A stretch of DNA of 64,000 bases. Origin: Pseudobdellovibrionaceae bacterium. GTDB taxonomy: Bacteria > Bdellovibrionota > Bdellovibrionia > Bdellovibrionales > UBA1609. Position 1 is the first letter of the stretch. Each line of letters starts with the position of its first letter. The notes under the pieces are model-generated. The model saw only the letters and a program-made list of their open reading frames with translations, did no database searches and was not told the DNA's origin. The stretch covers positions 1,155,402-1,219,401 of the forward strand of contig JACKAM010000001.1 in the NCBI GenBank assembly GCA_020635075.1, in the 5' to 3' direction. Positions 26,567 through 34,438 of this stretch are shown piece after piece. The position numbers and the translations under genes are program-made.

Positions 26567-28198
26567 CTACCGAGGGCTATAGAGGGGGCCGTTGATACTC
26601 TTAAAGGAGCGGTATCCCAGGTCGGTCCAGCGCCTAGGCACGTTCTCATTGCCGGAATTGTAGAAGATGGTGATCTTTCCACCACCCCAAGTGAGCACCT
26701 CTTCTCGACCGTCACCGATCAGGTCCACCGCAATACCGGCTGCCTCATAAGGGTTAAAAAAACCACCCCGACTGTTGTACCCGGTCCATCCGCTTGGGTT
26801 TTCCATCACTCCTCCACCAAAGGCATCGGTCAGCCGTTGATCGTTGATGGGCGAGACCACGACAAAGCGAGAGCGCACGGCATTGTTGTTCACCTGAGTC
26901 ACATGGCGCTCAAGATAGAGGACTTCGGTTCCAGCTTTGCCATCCCATTCAATGCTGTGGACATATTCCCCATCGCCATTCCAACCGGGGTTTACCCGCC
27001 AGTTGGCGCGAGCAATTTTTCCTTTAGTGTCGGTGAACCAGTGGTTATAGCCGTTGGCATTGCGAGCTAATACTTCAAGACCCGGCTTTTCAGGAAAAAA
27101 GTCTCCTGTGGTGTGCTGATGGGGATGGCGCTCGCTATGTGGCGAGTAAGCCCGCCACATCTCATTACGCCCAGTGGAATACCCATAGCCCAACAAGGAG
27201 GGCTGACCGGCATGAGGACCATAGGCGCTAAAGACCGCCTCAAGACCCGCACGACTGGGGTCCAAATCGCGAATGGTGAGAGCATGAATTCCACCCACGG
27301 CCACGGCGTCAGCATTGACCAGCCAAATGTTTTGCCCGCCTTCACTAATGGCATGAGTACCGTGAAAGACCTCATCGCCCCCTTTGCCATCGAGGTTGGC
27401 AATTTGCGGAGGGGGATAGATAAACCGTCCCCCGTCTTTCATGTTTCGTCGATAGCTCCACTCTTGTTTAAAGGATCCACCGCGAATATCAAATGACACG
27501 GCATCGACAATGGACCCATAGTTACTGCCACTAGCAGGACCCAGGACCACGACTCTTGTGGCCATGTTGGTTTCACCACTGCGTCTGGCAAGAGCCACAA
27601 ACATCCATTCCTGGATCGCCGGCATCTGGTGCTGCTGCTTTACCTGACCGGTCTTTCCATCTCGGACATACACGGTACGCCAGTCACCGCCAATATGCAG
27701 GAACTCTCCCTTGCCGTCGCCGTCGGCATCGCCCACCACACCAAATGTGGTGTAATTCCAGAAGTAATGGGGCTTCCAATCCCAGTTCGTGGCCACATTC
27801 ACATCCCAGAGCTTCTGACCGCAAAGGGAGTAGGCGGCAATACGATTTCTTTGAGCCACTACAAAGTCAGGAAAGCCATCATTGGTGAGATCACCAAAAG
27901 TGATCCGACCGTTAAAAGCTATGGGGATATCAAACTGTCGAAGTGCGCCTGAATTCCCATTGAATAAGCCCTTCAAGCAATTGGGCTCCGCAGGACCAGA
28001 AGGTGGTGACGGAGGCGTCGGAGGTGGTGGCTGTGGTTGTCCAGGAGGGTTGGGTGGGTTCGTTGGCGGCGGGGTGGAAAACCCATCCTGAGACTGAGGA
28101 GTGTCATTGGCCCTAAACTCCCCCGAGCAACTCAGGAGGAACATAAGACTGCCAATTAAGATCAACTCGAATCTAAACCAACCCATACATAACACCAT
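26567..28198 (-). CDS. Secreted lipoprotein, FG-GAP/VCBS-like beta-propeller resembling PL11 rhamnogalacturonan-lyase-type propellers
   Basis: Start trimmed to 28198 (MVLCMGWFRFELILIGSLMFLLSC, lipobox). A Pro-rich linker follows (27992-28072). Repeated Ca-site-like motifs are present: 'GDLTNDGFPDFVV', 'GDADGDGKGEFLHI', 'ANLDGKGGDEVFHG', 'VDLIGDGREEVLTWGGGKITIF'. Confidence 0.7.
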   Translation of the reverse strand: MVLCMGWFRFELILIGSLMFLLSCSGEFRANDTPQSQDGFSTPPPTNPPNPPGQPQPPPPTPPSPPSGPAEPNCLKGLFNGNSGALRQFDIPIAFNGRITFGDLTNDGFPDFVVAQRNRIAAYSLCGQKLWDVNVATNWDWKPHYFWNYTTFGVVGDADGDGKGEFLHIGGDWRTVYVRDGKTGQVKQQHQMPAIQEWMFVALARRSGETNMATRVVVLGPASGSNYGSIVDAVSFDIRGGSFKQEWSYRRNMKDGGRFIYPPPQIANLDGKGGDEVFHGTHAISEGGQNIWLVNADAVAVGGIHALTIRDLDPSRAGLEAVFSAYGPHAGQPSLLGYGYSTGRNEMWRAYSPHSERHPHQHTTGDFFPEKPGLEVLARNANGYNHWFTDTKGKIARANWRVNPGWNGDGEYVHSIEWDGKAGTEVLYLERHVTQVNNNAVRSRFVVVSPINDQRLTDAFGGGVMENPSGWTGYNSRGGFFNPYEAAGIAVDLIGDGREEVLTWGGGKITIFYNSGNENVPRRWTDLGYRSFKSINGPLYSPR

Positions 28199-28522
28199 CC
28201 GTGGTCTTTCATCTGGCCTTCCAGGGCCGACCACTTCTTCGGTCGCCGACAAAAGAACCTCAAATCCACGGCATTTCTCAAAATTTGCCAACCCAACTCA
28301 AACATCTGCAAGGGCTATTCCCTATGAGGGCCCCGCGGGGCCCGACTGAGGGGGGAATACCTAACGAATGTTACGAGCCTACCCGTCTGACTAAATTTCT
28401 TTGTAAGTGTCAGGTCAATAGACGCCTGGCTCGACTGGCGAGCCACCCGACAGCCGGGCAGGCTTCTCACCCGCCCGGAGGGTTTTTATGAAGATTCAAA
28501 CCCCGCACAATTGGGCCGATCC

Positions 28523-29083
28523 TTACATCTTCATTCGATCCAATTCGAGGCTCAAGCCTTGCCCTCTATCAGGCACATCATAGGGCTGCCCATCTTTTTT
28601 GTAGCTGACATCAAGTTCGACCTTGTCGTCCGTCACGGACATGGTGAAGGCAACATCGTAGATCCAGGTGGTCGAGAGTTGGAACTCACACTGCCTTTTT
28701 CCTTCATCGCATTTGGCTTTGCCTACACCGAAGGATGCGGCATCAGGAGTGTAGCGGGTCATATCCTGAATAAGGGCCGCAAAGAGAAACTCACCTTGTT
28801 GAAGGCCATCAATCAAGTCTTGAATGGACTTCTCACCGAAACGCGCCGTGATTTGCGGCTTGATCGCATCAGAGGCGGGGGAAGCCCACATGATGAGTGA
28901 ATAGGACATTTGCTCCCCAGCGATCATAAACTGAGCCCCGTCGGGTCTCATAATCAACTGACTTCCATCAGCACCCATGGCCATGGCGTCACTGATGGCG
29001 AGAGGAATCGGGGTCAGTTGTGGGGTGGCCAAAGACATTTGGGTGGTGAAACAAATCACCACCAATAGCAGTAGACTTTTCAT
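28523..29083 (-). CDS. Hypothetical secreted protein
   Basis: AAAGGAG lies 6 nt upstream of the ATG. Signal peptide MKSLLLLVVICFTTQMSLA. 186 aa with no recognised motif. Confidence 0.55.
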   Translation of the reverse strand: MKSLLLLVVICFTTQMSLATPQLTPIPLAISDAMAMGADGSQLIMRPDGAQFMIAGEQMSYSLIMWASPASDAIKPQITARFGEKSIQDLIDGLQQGEFLFAALIQDMTRYTPDAASFGVGKAKCDEGKRQCEFQLSTTWIYDVAFTMSVTDDKVELDVSYKKDGQPYDVPDRGQGLSLELDRMKM

Positions 29084-29186
29084 TCTTGACTCCTTTGATA
29101 CCCCAATTCATTTTTGATGCCTCACCTCTGAGCAAGATGTGTTCCCGGTATCAAATCAATGCAATCAATTCTATGCGCCCAATCTC

Positions 29187-29220
29187 TAAACTCCTTTCAC
29201 GGCGCAGTGAAAGGAGTTTA
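29187..29220. other. Perfect 14-bp stem / 6-nt loop hairpin in a non-coding gap
   Basis: TAAACTCCTTTCAC (29187-29200) / GTGAAAGGAGTTTA (29207-29220). Each strand's transcript would base-pair an AAGGAG. It lies 104 nt upstream of the 28523-29083 gene start. Confidence 0.5.
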
Positions 29221-29867
29221 TTCCGCACAACTTATCGACGAAAGTGAGGAATTCGCACCTATTTTGTTCACTCTTTTTCAATCTTCACCTGGATGGAGGA
29301 AAAATGTGAAGATTTGCAGGATGCACCAGGCAAAAGTCTCAATTTATTGTGTTCCCTCTTTGACAGTCGTTTTGTTGTTGAGCGAATCGTCGCGGTTTTG
29401 CGACCTCTCATGCGAACTGGAGTTTTGCCCGTGACCTCCCCCTAACAGACCTCCCAAAATCTTCATTTTTGACGCCGCCGCAGTTAAAATAAAATCATGA
29501 AGCACAGGAAGTTTAATTTCATTTTGAGCGGCGTCTTTCTTATCAGTCTTCTGATGAGCGGGTACCGTGACCTGGGCACTGACTTGGTGTTGGTCACCAG
29601 GGCTGCTCAAAAATGGAATGATGACGAAGCCAATGGCGTGAAAGGAGACCAACAGAGGATGAACTTACGAAGGGACTTCGGTTGTCGATCCTGCCCGCAC
29701 ATGGTCAGGACTGCCAGTCAATGACATGACCGGAGATCTCACCGCCAACGATTCAGCTGCTTAGGAGACATCTGAGGAAAGACATCATTTGAAGGTCGTA
29801 ATCCGATTCCCTACCTTATCTCTCTTCCTTCTTCTTTTCCTCTGTCTCCTAGGCAGTTTACTACCGA

Positions 29868-30062
29868 CTACCTGGGAAATTTTTGATCGATGGGCAGGCG
29901 AAACACCAGAGCCTGGGGCTTTTCATCGCCTTCCTCAACTTGAGGGGTGGCGGACTGAGAGTTCCAGCTGCCCTGCCCGGTCGTGCTGATCGAAACATGA
30001 GAACAGGCACTCAGGATGGTGAAAACCAAGAGGACAAAAGTAATGTGTACCAGCCGGCTCAT
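29868..30062 (-). CDS. Small lipoprotein (64 aa)
   Basis: Start trimmed to the ATG at 30062, with AAGGAG 6 nt upstream. 'MSRLVHITFVLLVFTILSAC' is a signal peptide plus lipobox. Confidence 0.5.
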   Translation of the reverse strand: MSRLVHITFVLLVFTILSACSHVSISTTGQGSWNSQSATPQVEEGDEKPQALVFRLPIDQKFPR

Positions 30063-30201
30063 GCCTTGCTCCTTTAGCTGACCCACCCCAATTTGTGATT
30101 GAGGGGGAACAGTCGCACATGAGGGAGCCAATGCCAAGCACTAGGCCAAATTGCCTTCTAGGAGCAGTGAATTTTACAGGATCGTCTAACCCGCTTGCCG
30201 T

Positions 30202-33075
30202 TTATTTGGAGTTCAAATCACCGGTTGCCGGAAGGGCTGGAAATCCCCAGCCCACTTCCCCCTTGCGCACCGATTCTCCGGTAAGCCATTGGTAGAGCGT
30301 CGGAGCGACGGAACCATTGACTGCCGATTTGATCTGCTCAGGTGCGGCCTTAGCCGGCTCTCCCCAAAAGCCCACCCATGCGTCTTTTTCATAAAAGTGT
30401 TCGCCCGCGTGGCGCCCGGGCACCTTGGTGTTGTAGCCCATCCCCGGCAAGGGAAAGAGATTGACGGTTCCACTGCGACTCTCGTCGTAGATGTGAGCCA
30501 GTTGCACAAGGGCATCGGGTCGGTCCGTGTGGTAAGTCAACTCTCGCCACTCGGACTCATCACACCAGGTGTTAACCTGATCCGGCTTGGGCTCTGTCAT
30601 GCACTTCTTTCTCCATCGCACCAACTCTAGCGCGTTGGCCGAACTTCGATAGCGAGAGACACGGTCGATGCCGAGAAGACGGCCCTGAGACTCTTTGTAG
30701 TAAATATGATCCGCCTTGCGCATGATAAACTCATCATACCGACGGCCCTTGCGATGACCCACCAACCGCACGAAGGATCCACTGACATCGCTGGGCTCTT
30801 CGCGAACCACCAAGTATTCAAGAGTCTCCGACAGGCGCTTTGCCAACTCCTGAATCATATCAATGGGCGGACCTCCTGCCAGAGGGACCCAATAAGTCAA
30901 ATCTCGGTACAAGGGCTGTTGCTGCCACTCCTCATCACTTGCATGGCTAAAAAAATCCATCATGAAATTACCCCCGGCAGTTGACGCAATGACAATGTCT
31001 TTGCGTTTCATCGACTCGGGCTCTATGGCATGGTTGATCTTGGGCCCTTCCCCCTCATCCGAGGAGATTTTTTCGACCACAAACGTGCGACCCATTTCCT
31101 CTTCCATACGGGCCAGGACTTCCACCTCTGGATTGAGCTGATGAAAGATCGGGGCGAGCCCATGGTCACCGGCCATGCCATAAAGAGTTCGATCTTGAAG
31201 GCCCGCCTGTTGGTACTGCTGTTGAACCCGCCCCAACCAATAATCCAGGCGATTTAGCTCGCCAGTTGGAGCAATGATCTCATCACTGAAGGGCCCTACA
31301 AAGTGAGCAAAGTGATCGGGCCAGGGCAAATAGTACAATAGATACTGGGGAAGACCTTGATCCTGAATCTTTGCCAGGGCCTTAATGGCCGATTCGATTT
31401 GCTTAGCCACCGGATAATAGATCCAGACCTCATAGCCCTTGGCCTTTTGGTAAGCTTCCAGGGCGGCCAATAGTTCAGTCTGCTTCACCCGAATGTCTTT
31501 TTCCATCTTGGCGCGGGTCGAGAGATCGCGCAGACACAGCACTTCTCCAAAGTCGCGTATGGCCTCGCCAACGCCTAGGTTTAGTAGCCCATCATAGCTG
31601 GCCTGGGAAAACCAGTCATACTGGGCAAAACAGTTCATACTGGTGGTCTTGGCCAAGCGTTCAAACATAGAACGCATGCCCTTTTCGGCTGTTAGTTCAT
31701 CCAATAGTAGTGCATCGTTACCGAAAAAATAGTAAGCCCGATCTTTTTTGCGATCCACAAAGTGGAAGTTGGGGATGCCTGTCCCCCCACTACCAGCCAC
31801 TTGGGCTCCAGTTTTAACAATGGGCAGGTTGCGCACACTGATGGTGGGCGTGGTGGACACTCCCATTTCGGCAATAGTCCTTCCGTTGCCGGCGTAAATC
31901 CCCTTAAAGAAGGGCAGGTACAGGGGGTCCTGATAGTCTGCAGAAAGGAAATGCTGCAAAAAGCTGAGAGTGTGAGGATGTTGAGGGGGATCCACCTTCT
32001 CCCGCTTAGGCTTTAACTGATCCGTCTGCTCAAAGTCTCTGGCCACGACATTCAGGAATTGGCTGGATCGTTGACCTTGCACCAATTCCCTTAGCAACTC
32101 CCCCTGCAATCCATCCACAGCGACATGGACAGCGAATCGCTTTTGATTCATATGATAATCCAGATAGCTTTCTAGGGCTGCATAATCTCCAGCCTTGAAT
32201 TTTTCCATCGCCCACTTTTCGAAATCAGCCTGGCGGACAAAACGCAGAGCAAACATACGATAGGACTTGTGAGCCATCATGCGCACAAAATCCACCAAAG
32301 AAATGGTCATGGCCTCCAGCTTCTTTTCGTTCTTTAATATAACTCCAAAGGCGTCAGCAATCTCCGAAGAGGACTTCTCCCCCTCAGCCGATTCCTGCTT
32401 CCCTTCCCCCAACAGTTGCTGCAAAAGCTCCCGAACCAGGGGTTTGGCTGCGGCGATGACGGGTTCCTCAACCGACTGGACCCTTTTGTAGGGCTCAGTC
32501 AGATTTGAGGCCAAGTGGAGATCAAAGTCATCGCGGACAAAAAGAATGTCATAGAGTTCAATGAGCTTTGCCGCAATTTCCTTGGAAAATTTAAAACCGC
32601 CGCTCTTCTCCTCCTTAGCCGGAGGGCTCCATTTGAAGTAATCGTGTTCACCACCTGGCACCTGGCGGTTGGGATATGTCTCCCTCATGTAGTGGTCAAA
32701 GGTCAATTTGTCAAATTCCTCAGGCGGTGTATAGTGTTCCTTGAGGGACCAAACAAAGGGGACCAGCTGCCTCATATAGCGGTCCTCATCAAGACGTTTT
32801 AGGACCCGATCCCGCAGCTCGGCTTCAAGTGGTAAGGTGCGGATATAGACCGGCAGGGCCACTTCAATGGCAAACTCCTTGATCAGGGCCCCCGGGATAT
32901 TCGCCAGAGTGGCTGCCGTCTGGTAGATGTCACTAGTGACATTTTTAAACGTGGCCTTGAGAGGAGTACCTATTCCCTGGGGGTCACGGGCAACCGGACG
33001 ATAGGACTGGAGGTGAAGAAAGGAAAGGGCCGCAAGACCCACGAATAAGGAAAAGAAGACCCACTTTTTTGTCAT
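30202..33075 (-). CDS. Large alkaline-phosphatase-superfamily protein (type I phosphodiesterase/nucleotide pyrophosphatase-like) with a ~330-aa unknown N-terminal region
   Basis: Start trimmed to the ATG at 33075 (MTKKWVFFSLFVGLAALSFL, membrane anchor/signal). NPP-like metal and nucleophile blocks are present: 'AVHVAVDGLQGELL', 'VSTTPTISVRNLPIVKTGA', 'YLPWPDHFAHFVGPFS', 'GMAGDHGLAP'. Confidence 0.7.
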   Translation of the reverse strand: MTKKWVFFSLFVGLAALSFLHLQSYRPVARDPQGIGTPLKATFKNVTSDIYQTAATLANIPGALIKEFAIEVALPVYIRTLPLEAELRDRVLKRLDEDRYMRQLVPFVWSLKEHYTPPEEFDKLTFDHYMRETYPNRQVPGGEHDYFKWSPPAKEEKSGGFKFSKEIAAKLIELYDILFVRDDFDLHLASNLTEPYKRVQSVEEPVIAAAKPLVRELLQQLLGEGKQESAEGEKSSSEIADAFGVILKNEKKLEAMTISLVDFVRMMAHKSYRMFALRFVRQADFEKWAMEKFKAGDYAALESYLDYHMNQKRFAVHVAVDGLQGELLRELVQGQRSSQFLNVVARDFEQTDQLKPKREKVDPPQHPHTLSFLQHFLSADYQDPLYLPFFKGIYAGNGRTIAEMGVSTTPTISVRNLPIVKTGAQVAGSGGTGIPNFHFVDRKKDRAYYFFGNDALLLDELTAEKGMRSMFERLAKTTSMNCFAQYDWFSQASYDGLLNLGVGEAIRDFGEVLCLRDLSTRAKMEKDIRVKQTELLAALEAYQKAKGYEVWIYYPVAKQIESAIKALAKIQDQGLPQYLLYYLPWPDHFAHFVGPFSDEIIAPTGELNRLDYWLGRVQQQYQQAGLQDRTLYGMAGDHGLAPIFHQLNPEVEVLARMEEEMGRTFVVEKISSDEGEGPKINHAIEPESMKRKDIVIASTAGGNFMMDFFSHASDEEWQQQPLYRDLTYWVPLAGGPPIDMIQELAKRLSETLEYLVVREEPSDVSGSFVRLVGHRKGRRYDEFIMRKADHIYYKESQGRLLGIDRVSRYRSSANALELVRWRKKCMTEPKPDQVNTWCDESEWRELTYHTDRPDALVQLAHIYDESRSGTVNLFPLPGMGYNTKVPGRHAGEHFYEKDAWVGFWGEPAKAAPEQIKSAVNGSVAPTLYQWLTGESVRKGEVGWGFPALPATGDLNSK

Positions 33076-33179
33076 ACTTCCAGAGTAGAGCCTCCACAAA
33101 AAAGGGGCAACCTCCGGCTGCCCCCTACCAAGCTTTCAAGACCCAACTCCTACGGCCCAAAGTCCACGCCAGGACTGGA

Positions 33180-33959
33180 TTAAAAGAAGTTCTCCAGTTC
33201 CCAGTCGTAAAGACTTTCTTCAAGGGCCTCTCCCTCACCCTCTGGCTCCCAGCCATTGTTCACACCCGATTCATTTTCCTCGCCTTCGTTGGGGAGTTTG
33301 ACGACAATGCCGTCCTCTTCCGCATCGGGATCGTCACCCGGCTCTTGGACAGTGGCCTCTTTTAGTTTTAATACGGGCTTAAGGAGACACCCGCCATTGC
33401 CCTTCACCACCACCGACTTAAGGGCATCGAAATCAATGAGCAAAGAGTAGGTGTTCCCGGCATCAAAGCGAATTGGCGATGAGAAGACAATCTTCACCCC
33501 ACTTTGTTGCCCGCTAGGCGTGGCCAATTCACAAATGTCGCCACTACCCTTGATTCCGTAATGACCCTCGCTCTTGAGCACCAATCGAACTTGCGTGGCC
33601 CTGACCCCATCTGGGATAGCCACGTCCGCCAAAGGCAGGGTGACGCCGTTTTGCAGGGTCAAGAGATCCACATAGCCAAGATTTTCAGCGACAATCAAAC
33701 GGCCCTTTTTCCCCTGTCCTTCAAGCAGAACCTCCAGGTGGGAGACATTCACCACCACTGAAGTCAAATCAGGAGTGGGAGCATCAGTCAGAGAAAGTTT
33801 GAGCCATGCAGAATTCCCGCTATTGATCTTTTCCACCTGATTGTCGAGAGAATTTGACGAGTCACCACTTCCACAACCCGTCAGGATGGGAAAGCAAATG
33901 ACCAAGACAATGACAACAATAAAGCGCACCACCTGTAGGTGGTCTTCACGCACACGCAT
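33180..33959 (-). CDS. DUF4382-like lipoprotein
   Basis: Lipobox 'PILTGC'. 'LKLSLTDAP...VVVNVSHLEVLL', 'GYVDLLTLQNGVTLPLADVAIPDGVRATQVRLVL' and 'ATPSGQQSGVKIVF..PIRF.AGNTYSLLIDFDALKSV' fit DUF4382 as I recall it. An acidic C-terminal tail follows. Confidence 0.75.
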   Translation of the reverse strand: MRVREDHLQVVRFIVVIVLVICFPILTGCGSGDSSNSLDNQVEKINSGNSAWLKLSLTDAPTPDLTSVVVNVSHLEVLLEGQGKKGRLIVAENLGYVDLLTLQNGVTLPLADVAIPDGVRATQVRLVLKSEGHYGIKGSGDICELATPSGQQSGVKIVFSSPIRFDAGNTYSLLIDFDALKSVVVKGNGGCLLKPVLKLKEATVQEPGDDPDAEEDGIVVKLPNEGEENESGVNNGWEPEGEGEALEESLYDWELENFF

Positions 33960-34438
33960 AAGCCTCTCCTAAAAACGTCCAGCAAAATTAGAGGAATGAT
34001 TTTTAAATGTGCCGAGGGAGCTTACAGGAGAAGCTCGGCAGGATGGTTTATTTTACCGAAGCGCAGCGTTACTGAAAAGTTGATAGGCAAAAATATTCAG
34101 CTTTGTCTCGATTAGATCTGGGAGTGTTTAACTTTTGAACGCTTTCCGAATCTTTTCAAACTAATTTGAAACGATTGAGGCCGTGGCCTCGTCTGATAGG
34201 ACAAATACCACGACGAACTACAAACTGATTTGGGAGGGTTCCGTGGATCATTTTAAGACAGTAAGAGTTTCCTATCATAAGCCCCAGGATTTCGTCCTTT
34301 ATGTTGTGACAGCTCTGTTGTTCTTTGGAGTGATCGCCTCCGCCGTGATTCCTTTGTAGAGAGTCGCCCCATATTTCGCTTTTGTCCCAAGACCATTTTA
34401 TCCTTTGTCCCGGGTTTGCCAGAGCCCGGGACCCCAAT

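Noticed and set aside
28201-28491. 96-aa plus-strand ORF spanning the structured spacer
   Set aside because: It has no RBS and implausible composition. It sits antisense to the first 3 codons (9 nt) of the 5' end of the beta-propeller gene at my trimmed start, 28198 (91 nt of the full listed ORF, which runs to 28291). The region is better explained by RNA/DNA structure (see finding).
29344-29724. Overlapping small ORFs: 102 aa on the minus strand and 75 aa on the plus strand
   Set aside because: Neither has a Shine-Dalgarno or a recognisable motif, and they mutually overlap on opposite strands. I did not annotate them as CDS. The 75-aa ORF's signal-like N-terminus is noted in the findings.
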